NCBI GenBank assembly: GCA_035703635.1
Contig: DASSXV010000051.1
Span: forward strand, 1-36,155
DNA length: 36,155 nucleotides
Reading direction: 5' to 3'
DNA from: Trueperaceae bacterium
Lineage (GTDB): Bacteria > Deinococcota > Deinococci > Deinococcales > Trueperaceae
This document shows positions 9,302 to 18,100 of this stretch, in pieces. The notes under the pieces were generated by a model. That model was not told the DNA's origin. It did no database searches and saw only the letters and a list, made by a program, of their open reading frames with translations. The position numbers and the translations under genes are program-made. Positions within the stretch are counted from its first letter, which is position 1. Each line of letters begins with the position of its first letter.

Positions 9302-9533
9302 GCTTCTCGGGCGATCTGATGGTGGCGGAGAGTTCGACGTCTACCTCGCGCATCATCGCGAACAGCCGCTCCATGAAGATGGAGGGTTTGCCGGCCTCGA
9401 TCTCCCAGATGTAGCGTTGGGTGGTGCCGAGGCGCTCGGCGAGTTCGCGTTGGCTCAAGCCTCTGAGCAGGCGGGCTTGTTGCAGGATCCTTCCAAGCGA
9501 CTCGGCGCTTGTGACCTTGCCCGTGAACTCCAC
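9294..9533 (-). CDS. XRE/HipB-like HTH antitoxin
   Basis: LGRILQQARLLRGLSQRELAERLGTTQRYIWEIEAGK; overlaps the hipA start; GGAGG RBS. Confidence 0.9.
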   Translation of the reverse strand: MEFTGKVTSAESLGRILQQARLLRGLSQRELAERLGTTQRYIWEIEAGKPSIFMERLFAMMREVDVELSATIRSPEKHG

Positions 9534-9543
9534 TTCCGCCTCC

Positions 9544-9617
9544 TGACTACTGAATCGTAGTCATCCTATGCGACTACTAAAAGGTAGTCAAGCTCCCTGA
9601 CTACGAAATAGTAGTCA
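9544..9617. promoter_or_regulatory. Three 20-bp operator palindromes TGACTAC-N6-GTAGTCA, 27-bp period
   Basis: At 9544-9563, 9571-9590 (one mismatch) and 9598-9617, immediately upstream of the antitoxin gene. Confidence 0.85.
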
Positions 9618-9720
9618 AGGCGTTGCTGGCGACGGGCTGGTTAAGAGCAATCCGCGGAGACGTACGTTCGAGAGCGCGAGCCTCTGGGTCGAGAAGGCTC
9701 GTTGGTGGCATGCCGGGCAA

Positions 9721-9781
9721 TCAAAACAATCGACCCCTACTACCGCTGGTAGAAATCCACCGGCGGGGAGATGTTCCTGAC
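9721..9781 (+). repeat. att-like repeat copy 4
   Basis: TCAAAA-CAAT-cgaccc-CTAC-TACCGCTGGT-AGAAAT-CCACCGGCGG-GGAG-ATGTTCCTGAC. Confidence 0.85.
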
Positions 9782-9829
9782 CCCGTCCCCTGGCGCTCTT
9801 ACGCCTTGTCCGGCTACCTCGCCAGTAGG

Positions 9830-10057
9830 TCAAGCGTTCTCATCAAGGCCAAACGGTTCGGTACGCCGCTCGCCTGTGGGCAGACCGGCGGCGCGGCCGT
9901 CTAGTAGGTTCTGCGTGAACCATGAGATGTCCGCCGTCAAGCGTGGGTAGGCTCGCGGGTGTGGCTCTTCGTGCCGCACGGTCCGGAGCGCGGTTTCTAG
10001 CGCCTCGTCGATCGCCGGTTCGGGCTCGGCGAGGCCCCAGGAGAGAGCCTCCTCGAT
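9830..10057 (-). pseudogene. 3' remnant of a second hipA paralogue
   Basis: IEEALSWGLAEPEPAIDEALETALRTVRHEEPHPRAYPRLTADISWFTQNLLDGRAAGLPTGE aligns with the C-terminus of the HipA at 8054-9301. Confidence 0.9.
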
Positions 10058-10127
10058 ACGGCCCCGCCGAAAGGCACGTCGATCGCGTCAAGCTCATCAA
10101 CCGCCGCATCTACAACTGCGGAAGCGA
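10057..10127 (+). mobile_element. Tiny ISL3-like transposase C-terminal remnant
   Basis: GPAERHVDRVKLINRRIY resembles the ISL3 motif GxxEGxxNRIKxIKRxxYG. Confidence 0.5.
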
Positions 10128-10130
10128 CGC

Positions 10131-11168
10131 CTACAACGAGCCGCCCGTGCACTGCTTCTGGCCCGCGGGGTCGTAGGCGGTGCTGCTGCCGCCGAGGAGC
10201 ACGTTGAGGCGCGAAGCCTGCAGCATGCGGCTGTAGCTGCCGTAGCAGGGCGTGGTGGCTTCCTTCCAGCAGAGGTGGGCGCCGGCGCGCACTGCGCTCT
10301 CCACCAGCTGCGCCTCGGCTGCGAAGGTGGCGCCCATGCCCGCCAACTGCGTGGTCCTCACCCAGCCGAGCACCTTGCTGGCGTGGGTCGCCACGCCGGC
10401 GCAGCTGCCAGAGATCTCCGGCAGCAGCGGCGCGTTCGCGCGCTGGAAGATGGTGTTGAGGATGGCCTCCAGCTTCTCCGCCAGCTCGGGGTCGCCCTCC
10501 TCGCCACGGAGCTCGGCCGTGCGCTCCTTGGCCAGCAGGTCGCTGAGCAGCTGCTCGAGCTGCGCCTCCCAGTCGCTGGGCGTGAAGTCATCGAGCGATC
10601 CTTCGATGGCGTAGGGCGCCGCCTCGGTGCCGAGGTAGGCGCCGTGCAGCGAGAAGTGGAACAGGTTGAACGTCACGCTGTTGGCGCTGCCGGTGCGCGT
10701 CGGCGCCACTAGGTGGAAGTCGCTGAAGGAGGCGCCGACGTTGTCGTCGTGGGCGGCGAAGCCGATGGCGCTGATGGCGTCGCCTGTGGCGGGCGTGACC
10801 TCGAGGGTGGCAGCGTCGTAGAGGCGCAGCCCGGCCGGCTCCAGGACCACGCCGTGCAGGCTGCCGGTTACCGGCGCGCCTTCGATGCTGCTAAGCGGCG
10901 TAATGGAGATCCTGACGGGGGAGAGGAGCGCCTCGCCCGTGACGGTGAGGTGGTAGGTGGTGCCGTCTTCGCTGGTGGTCACGAGCGTGCCGCCGGTGAG
11001 TGGGATCTCCGCGCTGACGTAGCCGATGGCCCGGTAGGCCTGCACCGTCAGGGGCTTGGGCTCGGGGAGCTTGATGGTGGGCTTGGGCGGCGGCGTGTTG
11101 GAGACGCATGCGACCAGGAACGCCAGCAAGACCATGGGTACGCCGCAGCGAAGGTGCAAATCGCGCAT
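10131..11168 (-). CDS. Hypothetical lipoprotein (possibly C-terminally truncated)
   Basis: Lipobox LLAFLVAC; beta-rich N-half with LEPAGLRL and LFHFSLHG (ZU5-like pattern, uncertain). Confidence 0.7.
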   Translation of the reverse strand: MRDLHLRCGVPMVLLAFLVACVSNTPPPKPTIKLPEPKPLTVQAYRAIGYVSAEIPLTGGTLVTTSEDGTTYHLTVTGEALLSPVRISITPLSSIEGAPVTGSLHGVVLEPAGLRLYDAATLEVTPATGDAISAIGFAAHDDNVGASFSDFHLVAPTRTGSANSVTFNLFHFSLHGAYLGTEAAPYAIEGSLDDFTPSDWEAQLEQLLSDLLAKERTAELRGEEGDPELAEKLEAILNTIFQRANAPLLPEISGSCAGVATHASKVLGWVRTTQLAGMGATFAAEAQLVESAVRAGAHLCWKEATTPCYGSYSRMLQASRLNVLLGGSSTAYDPAGQKQCTGGSL

Positions 11169-11419
11169 AAGCCTGGTTCCTCCTGCCGCAATTGCGCTTT
11201 CGGCGTCAACGGCGAGACTCTGGTTGTGATGTAGGAGCGGTGGGAAGTGCTCTTGCGGCAGGTTACAACATGTCCAGCGGGCATGCGCGGGTGACGTGTC
11301 TCGCCATGCGCGCGGCCGCTCGCGCCAACCACCGTTCCTCCAAGGCGCGAAGGGATCTAGGGCTGGAACTCCCTGCCTCGACCTGACCCCGTTACCTGTG
11401 CCTCATGGTTCCGTCGTCG

Positions 11420-13888
11420 TTACCCATGCTGTTCGTCGTTCTCCGCGCCCGGCGTGGCCGTCGCGCCTGGCCAGGTCCACGCCGTGATCTCGGGCGCGTC
11501 CTCGCCATGAGCCCGCGTGTACTCTCGCGCCCGTACCCGCGCATCTTGCATCTGCTGCCGCAGGCCGGCGTAGCGCGCCGCCAACCCAGGCACCTGATCG
11601 AGGACGTCCATCACCAGGTGGTACCGGTCGATGCCGTTCATCATCACCATGTCGAACGGGGTCGTCGTGGTTCCCTCCTCGATGTAACCGCGCACATGCA
11701 GGTTGTCGTGGCCGTGCCTTCTGTATGTCAGGCGGTGTATCAGCCAGGGGTAGCCGTGGTAGGCGAAGACGACCGGCTTGTCGGCGGTGAAGATGGCGTC
11801 GTACTCCAGGTCGCTGAGTCCGTGCGGGTGCTCCGATTCGCTCTGCAGGCGCATCAGGTCGACGACGTTCACCACGCGCACCTTCAACTGAGGAACCCGG
11901 TCTCGCAGGATCGCGGTGGCGGCGAGAACCTCGAGGGTCGGCACGTCTCCAGCTGCGGCCAGGACGACATCGGGTTCTTCTCCCGGTCGCTCCGCGCCGG
12001 CCCACTCCCAGACGCCGAGCCCACGAGTGCAGTGTTCGATCGCCTCGCTCATCGTGAGCCAGTTCGCGGTGGGCTGCTTGCCGGCGACGACCACGTTCAC
12101 GTAATCGACCGAGCGCAGGCAGTGGTCGTATGTCGATAGCAGGGTGTTCGCATCGACGGGGAGGTACACGCGCACGATGTCTGCCTTCTTGTTCACGACA
12201 TGGTCTATGAAGCCCGGATCCTGATGCGAGAAGCCGTTGTGATCTTGCCGCCAGACGTGCGAGCTTAGCAGGTAGTTCAACGATGCGATCGGACGGCGCC
12301 AAGGCACCCGCCGCGCCGTCTTGAGCCACTTGGCGTGCTGGTTGAACATCGAGTCCACGATGTGGATGAACGCCTCGTACGAGTTGAGCAGCCCGTGCCG
12401 CCCGGTCAGCAGGTACCCCTCGAGCCAGCCCTGGCACTGATGCTCGCTCAGCATCTCCACGACGCGGCCCGTACGTGACAGGTGGTTATCGGCATCTAGC
12501 GGCAGGAACTCTGCATCCCACTGCTTGTTCGTCGCCTCGAACACGGCGTCCAGGCGATTGGAGGCCGTCTCGTCGGGACCGAAGATCCGGAAGCTGTGAG
12601 GGTTCCAACTGATCACGTCGCGCAGCCAACGCCCGAGCACACGCGTCGCCTCGCTCGTCGAGGCCCCTGGCGAAGGCACGTCGACGGCGTAGTCCCTGAA
12701 GTCCGGGATCCTTAGTTCCTGCCGCAGGAGCCCGCCGTTGGCGACCGGGTTGGCGCTCATCCGCAGCTCCCCGGCCGGCGCCAGTGCCGTCACGGACGCG
12801 GAGACCGCACCGTTGGGATCGAAGAGCTCCTCGGGCCCGTATGAGCGCATCCAGCTTTCAAGCAACTGCGTGTGCGCGGTCGTGTCCCTGGCGTCCGGCA
12901 ACGGCACCTGGTGTGAGCGCCAGTTGCCTTCGACCGGGTGCCCGTCGATCTCTGCGGGGCAGGTCCAGCCCTTCGGCGTGCGCAGGATGATCATCGGCCA
13001 TCGTGGTCGACACTGCAGGGCCCCGGACGCGGCGTCCGCCTTGATCGCGGCGATGTGGTTGATGACCTCGTCCAGGGCAAGCGCAAGACGTCGGTGCACG
13101 GCGATCGGGTCTTCGCCGTCGAAGCCGCCCGACACGAGGTAGGGCGTGTACCCGTAACCGCGCATCAGCTCGAGCAGCTCGCTCTCGGGGATGCGCGCGA
13201 GTACCGTCGGATTGGCGATCTTGAAGCCGTTGAGGTGCAGGATCGGCAAGACGACGCCGTCGTGGACGGGGTCGAGGAACTTGTTCCCGTGCCATCCAGT
13301 GGCGAGCGGCCCCGTCTCTGCCTCCCCGTCCCCCACGACCGTTGCGACCAGCAGGCCCGGGTTATCGAACGCGGCGCCGAACGCGTGAGATAGCGAGTAG
13401 CCGAGCTCCCCACCTTCGTGGATCGACCCCGGAGTCTCGGGCGCCACGTGGCTCGGGATCCCTCCGGGCAAGGAGAACTGCCGGAACAACCGGCGCACGC
13501 CGTCTTCCGTGAGATCGATCGTGGGGTAGACCTCGCTGTAGGTGCCGTCCAGGTAAGCATTGGCGACCATGCCGGGCCCGCCGTGCCCCGGCCCGGCGAT
13601 GAAGATCGTGTTGATCGAGCGCTCTCTTATGACCCGGTTGAGGTGGGCGTAGACGAGGTTGAGGCCGGGGGTGGTGCCCCAGTGACCGAGCAGGCGGGGC
13701 TTGACGTGCTCGCGAAGCAGAGGCTCGTGCAGGAGAGGGTTGTCCAGGAGGTAGATCTGGCCGACGGAGAGGTAGTTCGCGGCGCGCCACCACCTGTCGA
13801 GGCCCTGGAGGGCCTCCGCGCTTGGCTCGCTCACTTCCCGGAACGGCCACGGAAGCTGCCCGGACGCGTCCACGGCAGGACTCTCCAT
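11420..13888 (-). CDS. xfp: Phosphoketolase (XFP family)
   Basis: [61 protein letters not shown]; probable start ATG 13888 (AGGA RBS). Confidence 0.95.
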   Translation of the reverse strand: MESPAVDASGQLPWPFREVSEPSAEALQGLDRWWRAANYLSVGQIYLLDNPLLHEPLLREHVKPRLLGHWGTTPGLNLVYAHLNRVIRERSINTIFIAGPGHGGPGMVANAYLDGTYSEVYPTIDLTEDGVRRLFRQFSLPGGIPSHVAPETPGSIHEGGELGYSLSHAFGAAFDNPGLLVATVVGDGEAETGPLATGWHGNKFLDPVHDGVVLPILHLNGFKIANPTVLARIPESELLELMRGYGYTPYLVSGGFDGEDPIAVHRRLALALDEVINHIAAIKADAASGALQCRPRWPMIILRTPKGWTCPAEIDGHPVEGNWRSHQVPLPDARDTTAHTQLLESWMRSYGPEELFDPNGAVSASVTALAPAGELRMSANPVANGGLLRQELRIPDFRDYAVDVPSPGASTSEATRVLGRWLRDVISWNPHSFRIFGPDETASNRLDAVFEATNKQWDAEFLPLDADNHLSRTGRVVEMLSEHQCQGWLEGYLLTGRHGLLNSYEAFIHIVDSMFNQHAKWLKTARRVPWRRPIASLNYLLSSHVWRQDHNGFSHQDPGFIDHVVNKKADIVRVYLPVDANTLLSTYDHCLRSVDYVNVVVAGKQPTANWLTMSEAIEHCTRGLGVWEWAGAERPGEEPDVVLAAAGDVPTLEVLAATAILRDRVPQLKVRVVNVVDLMRLQSESEHPHGLSDLEYDAIFTADKPVVFAYHGYPWLIHRLTYRRHGHDNLHVRGYIEEGTTTTPFDMVMMNGIDRYHLVMDVLDQVPGLAARYAGLRQQMQDARVRAREYTRAHGEDAPEITAWTWPGATATPGAENDEQHG

Positions 13889-14004
13889 GCGCAACATCCT
13901 ACGGCCCGATCGGATTCCTTGCCACGCCAAGCGCCGCTTGCCGTTTCGAAGCCGAGGCGCGCAGCGTGTTGTGGCCCAAGGCGGTTAGGCGCCGCTCGGC
14001 CTTT

Positions 14005-14285
14005 AGTATCGTCGGCTCGCTTGGCCGCGTCGCGCTCGGCTTGCTCGGAGTTGTGCACCACCACGAAGCGGCGGCTGGCGACGCTGCCAGGGTTGATGAT
14101 CACTTCCTTGACCTGAAGGCCGTTCGACAGGGTCTTGCAACGACCAGCTCGCGTCAGCGCCTCGCGCAGGCTGCCGTCCGTGCCTAAGCGCATCTTCTCG
14201 CCCAGGATGACAGCGTCGCCGGCGCCTTGCAGGGCGCAGCGGTTCTCGGCGCTGTCGAGACCCGTGTCCATCGGATATACACAGT
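14005..14285 (-). mobile_element. IS1634-family transposase internal fragment
   Basis: DTGLDSAENR..LQGAG..VILGEKMR...EALTRAGR...LQVKEV...RRFVVVHNSEQAERDAAKR; no intact ends seen. Confidence 0.7.
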
Positions 14286-14332
14286 GCCCACGTGGCGGTC
14301 GGGTGCCATCCCGGCGGCAAGCGGCGGCACGA

Positions 14333-15022
14333 CTAACTCGCCCCGTCCACCCCGATGCCCGCGTCTCGCGCCCGTTGCGCTGCGGCCCTGCGGTCACTGA
14401 CTTCGAGCTTCCCGAGGATGGTGGAGACGTGGTTGCGCACGGTCTTGCTCGTCACTTGGAGGTGACGCGCTATCTCGGCATTGTTGAGGCCCTCGGCGAT
14501 CAACGCCAGCACGTCACGCTCGCGCTTGGTCAACTCAGGGAACGGCAGCGCACCACCGGAGACAGACGCTGCAGAGAAATAGCGGCTGAAGCGCTGGACG
14601 ACGTTCGGGTCGAACAACGCCTCGCCGTTCGCGGCAGCCATGATGGCGCGCTCGAGCTCCGCCTTGCTGCCGCCCTTGAGGACGTAACCCTTGGCGCCAG
14701 CCTTCATGGCGCGGAACACGGTCTCGTCGTCAGCGAACATCGTCACCATGATGATGGCGGCTGTCGGATCGTTGGTCAGGATGCGGCCAGCGGCCTCAAC
14801 CCCAGAGAGCCCTGGCATGCGCGCGTCCATCAGGATCACTTGCGGGTCCAGACTCTCCGCCAGCGCGACTGCTTCGCTGCCGTCGTGCGCCATCCCGACG
14901 ACTTCACAACTAGGGAGCGTGGCAACCAATAGTGCCAGCCCCTCGAGGAAGAGCTCGTGGTCGTCTGCTACCAGCACTCTCGTCGGAGGCGCCAACTCTG
15001 GGGCGGAGGTCACGCCGGTCAC
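14333..15022 (-). CDS. NarL/LuxR-family response regulator
   Basis: VLVADDH..LMDARMPG..GAKGYVLK receiver domain; LTKRERDVL..GLNNAEIA..KTVRNHVS HTH. Confidence 0.95.
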   Translation of the reverse strand: MTGVTSAPELAPPTRVLVADDHELFLEGLALLVATLPSCEVVGMAHDGSEAVALAESLDPQVILMDARMPGLSGVEAAGRILTNDPTAAIIMVTMFADDETVFRAMKAGAKGYVLKGGSKAELERAIMAAANGEALFDPNVVQRFSRYFSAASVSGGALPFPELTKRERDVLALIAEGLNNAEIARHLQVTSKTVRNHVSTILGKLEVSDRRAAAQRARDAGIGVDGAS

Positions 15023-15777
15023 GTTGCTACGGGCCGACCGGTGGTCGTCAAGAGGAAACGCCGTGCGGCCCCAGGCAGCGGCACCGTGACTATCAGGGTC
15101 ATGCCGTGGGCCTCGTTGCGTAGGAGGTGCGCCCTGCCGCCGGCGCGGCGCGCCGATACCCGCAACGACGCCAGGCCGATGCCACCCCTGTGGCCAGTCA
15201 AGCGGCCGCCAACCCCCACGGCCCCGACTCCGTCGTCACGCACGATGAGAGTCGCCCGCGCTGAGCGCAGCTGGATGAGCACCCAACAGTGCCGCGCTTG
15301 GGCGTGGCGCACGACGTTGGCCGTGCCTTCCAGCGTCGCTCGGTAGAGGAGTTCGGTTACGGCAGGAGAGAGGTTGGCGGCGGACCCGGAGGCGGCGAAG
15401 CTCACTTCGAGGCCAGCTAGCGCCAGCAGGTTCAGCGCCTCCTTGACCGCGCCGATCAGGTCTAGCCGCTCGAGCGTCTCGGGCGGTTCGCTATGCACGA
15501 TGCGGCGCAACTCGCCGACGAGGCGTGAGACCTCGTCACGTAAGGAGGCGACCTGCTCGGGGGCGGTCGCGCCAAGCTTGGCGTCTTCGGCGAGGAGTTG
15601 AAGTCTTACCTCGAGGCCAGCCAGGCCTGGGCCGAGGCGATCGTGGAGGTCGCTTAGGAGCTGCTCGCGAGTCCGGGAATCGGGGTGGCTCACGCTTGGC
15701 CCACTGACCCGGCGTGCTTGGCGGTCAGCCACCGCGTTAGTGATGTGGGGCTCGGCTAACTTAGTGCTGAATGGCAT
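15019..15777 (-). CDS. HisKA_3-type histidine kinase without an evident sensor or TM region
   Basis: DLHDRLGP H-box, EGTANVVRHA N-box, VRDDGVG, GIGLASLR; AAGGAGG RBS before ATG 15777. Confidence 0.85.
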   Translation of the reverse strand: MPFSTKLAEPHITNAVADRQARRVSGPSVSHPDSRTREQLLSDLHDRLGPGLAGLEVRLQLLAEDAKLGATAPEQVASLRDEVSRLVGELRRIVHSEPPETLERLDLIGAVKEALNLLALAGLEVSFAASGSAANLSPAVTELLYRATLEGTANVVRHAQARHCWVLIQLRSARATLIVRDDGVGAVGVGGRLTGHRGGIGLASLRVSARRAGGRAHLLRNEAHGMTLIVTVPLPGAARRFLLTTTGRPVAT

Positions 15778-15826
15778 GCCAGTGCCCCTCCTTTCACCAG
15801 CGCTCACGCTACTCCGACAAGGTGAG

Positions 15827-15858
15827 ACGCGAGGGTGCCGATGATGGCACCCTCGCGT
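15827..15858. terminator. Stem-loop downstream of the secreted-protein gene
   Basis: ACGCGAGGGTGCC-gatgat-GGCACCCTCGCGT, perfect 13-bp stem. Confidence 0.55.
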
Positions 15859-15915
15859 GCGAGGCTTAGGTTTGTTTCATGCACGCTCAACGGCGTGCTC
15901 AACAAGCAGTACTAG

Positions 15916-16803
15916 CTAGTTGACAGTGAACTCCTCGATCATGCCTTCCATGTAATGCGCCATGGCCGGATTGTTGAGGTCCTGCACGAAGCAGACGGCT
16001 ACCCAGTTGCCGGCAGTCAGGTCGAGAGGCATGTAGACGGTCTGTCCGGGCGAGAGCGCTTCGATGTCGACTGTGGTCGTCGTGTCGAACGGCGGGGCCA
16101 TGGTATGCGTCGTGTCCTTCAAGAACGTTTCGAGGTCGGCCTGGGTCTTGCCGTCAGTGAGCTTGAAGAACGCGGCGATGTGCGGCTGGTCGCCCACGTT
16201 CGTGACCTTCCACAGGTCATTGCCTGCCTTCATTGTCGCCGGGAAGTCGAACGAGAAGTCTGCGAGCTGTAGGGTGTGGCTCGTTTCAGGGGCGGCTACT
16301 GGAGAGCCCGAGGCTGTAACTTCGAACGGTAGGTAGGTGGACGCGGCGGATTCGCTGCTCGTCGCATGCGACGCGATAACGTAACTGCCCTGTTCTAGGT
16401 CGACGACCATGTCGTACTCAGCGTGCGGCTTGACGACCGCGCCGCTGAGCGCGACTGCGGTCTCCAGGTACGTCTTGACGGCAGCCGTCTGGTCGCCCGA
16501 TGCGATCGCCGCGTTGAGGGCGTCGTTGGCGGCGATGTAATCGCCTACGGCAAAGCCATTGTTGAGGCGCGCGATCGTGAACGTCATGTCCTCAGTGCCG
16601 TTGTTGACGAGCGAGACCGTGCGGTAGCCCTCGCCAGCGAAGACCTGAGGTCCGACTAGCTGACCATCTACGAACTCCGCGCTCAAGTCGGCGGCTGCGC
16701 TTGCCAAGCCCAACGTCAAGAGGCCAGCGAGCAGCGAGTACTTGACGAGCCGCCTCGGGGCGACCAAGCTCCGTAGGAAGCGTGTAATGGAAGAGTCATT
16801 CAT
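15916..16803 (-). CDS. Secreted protein with cupredoxin-like domains
   Basis: Signal peptide; two similar beta domains; the C-terminal one has NVGDQPH...VCFV...HYMEGM (H/C/H/M, type-1 Cu-like). Confidence 0.65.
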   Translation of the reverse strand: MNDSSITRFLRSLVAPRRLVKYSLLAGLLTLGLASAAADLSAEFVDGQLVGPQVFAGEGYRTVSLVNNGTEDMTFTIARLNNGFAVGDYIAANDALNAAIASGDQTAAVKTYLETAVALSGAVVKPHAEYDMVVDLEQGSYVIASHATSSESAASTYLPFEVTASGSPVAAPETSHTLQLADFSFDFPATMKAGNDLWKVTNVGDQPHIAAFFKLTDGKTQADLETFLKDTTHTMAPPFDTTTTVDIEALSPGQTVYMPLDLTAGNWVAVCFVQDLNNPAMAHYMEGMIEEFTVN

Positions 16804-16898
16804 AAACTGCCTCCGTTTCCTAGCGAAGCTTGCGCTCCCGGGCGTCCCGCTGTCATGGGGCGCCGTCCCTACCTAGTTCGGGACGACCCAAGAGGCGC

Positions 16899-17852
16899 CT
16901 ACTCGGTTGGCGGCAGGCCCTCTGGGTGAGGGTGCTCTTCCGGCTTGCCCCAGAGGAGCGATGCCACGACGCTGATGACGAGAATCGCGACGACAACTCC
17001 CAGAGAGACGAGGCTTGGGATATGCAAGACGTCGAGGAGGACCATCTTCGCGCCTATGTAGACGAGGATGATGGCCAGGCCCGTCTTGAGGAACACGAAG
17101 CGGTGCACGACGTGCGCCAGCAGGAAGTACATGGAGCGCAGGCCTAGGACGGCCATGATGCTGGCCGTGAAGACGATGAAGCCGTCCGTGGTGACGGCGA
17201 AGATGGCCGGGATCGAGTCGACGGCGAAGAGCAGGTCGGTGAACTCGATGACCACCAGCACGAGGAGGAGAGGCGTCGCCATCCGCACGCCGTTCTTACG
17301 CGTGAAGAACTTCTGGCCGTCGTACTCACTGCTTACCGGCATCAGGCGCCGTACGAGGCGCAGTGCCGGGTTCTTCTCGAGGTTGGTCTCGCCATCGCCC
17401 TTCTGGAACAGCATCCTGAAGCCCGTGATGAGGAGGAACGCGCCGAAGACGTAGAGGATCCAGCTGAACGCTTGGATGAGCGCAACGCCGACGACGATCA
17501 TGATCCCGCGCAGCAGGAGGGCGCCGAGGATGCCCCACAGCAACACGCGTTGTTGGTACTTGAACGGCGTCTTGAAGTAAGTGAAGACGAGGACGAAGAT
17601 GAAGATGTTGTCGACTGACAGCGACCACTCGAGAACGTAGCCGGTGATGTACTGGATGGCCTTCTCTTGGCCGAGCCAGAAGTGGAACAGCACGCCCAAG
17701 AGGAGCGACAGGCTCACCCACGTGACGGTCCACATGGCCGCCTCTTGAGGTTTGACTACGTGCGCTTTGCGTTGGAAGATGCCTAGGTCGATCGCGAGCA
17801 TCACGATCACGAACCCGATGAATGCGAACCAAGCCCATAGCGGTTCGGTCAT
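16899..17852 (-). CDS. TerC/Alx-family metal (Mn) homeostasis membrane protein
   Basis: GYVLEWSLSVDNIFIF, IEFTDLLFAVDSIPAIFAVT, LGLRSMYF motifs. Confidence 0.95.
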   Translation of the reverse strand: MTEPLWAWFAFIGFVIVMLAIDLGIFQRKAHVVKPQEAAMWTVTWVSLSLLLGVLFHFWLGQEKAIQYITGYVLEWSLSVDNIFIFVLVFTYFKTPFKYQQRVLLWGILGALLLRGIMIVVGVALIQAFSWILYVFGAFLLITGFRMLFQKGDGETNLEKNPALRLVRRLMPVSSEYDGQKFFTRKNGVRMATPLLLVLVVIEFTDLLFAVDSIPAIFAVTTDGFIVFTASIMAVLGLRSMYFLLAHVVHRFVFLKTGLAIILVYIGAKMVLLDVLHIPSLVSLGVVVAILVISVVASLLWGKPEEHPHPEGLPPTE

Positions 17853-17863
17853 GTTGACCTCCC

Positions 17864-17960
17864 GTTAGGGTCTTGCCTTCGTGTGCGCCACCGGGACGTC
17901 TTTGACGTCCGTGTTGACGATGGCGAACTCCCGGGGTGCGGGCGGCTACTCCCCCTCAAC
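17864..17960 (-). ncRNA. yybP-ykoY (Mn2+) riboswitch
   Basis: Minus strand GTTGAGGGGGAGTAGC...CGTCAACAC...GGCAAGACCCTAAC, immediately before GGAGG and the terC ATG. Confidence 0.85.
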
Positions 17961-18100
17961 GAACGGTAACTGTACCCTACCGCTTCGCTCCGTGTAACCT
18001 GGGGCCGGTCGCCCTGAACAAGGCAGCGTGGAACGGTGCACGACCGTACCGTCAGCTCTACCCTTCGCGCGCTCGCCAGTTGGCGGCCAGGAGGCGGATC

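Noticed and set aside
9544-9617. 27-bp periodic repeat as a mini-CRISPR
   Set aside because: The units are palindromes separated by only 7 bp and sit in the TA promoter, which fits operators.
244-9781. The repeats as a CRISPR array, classical integron attC sites or Xer dif sites
   Set aside because: Spacing is kilobases and no cas genes are present; there are no RYYYAAC/GTTRRRY attC ends and no intI; the sequence does not resemble the XerC/XerD dif consensus.
11190-11405. Possible IS end or transposase tail between the lipoprotein gene and xfp
   Set aside because: No recognisable terminal repeats or motif.
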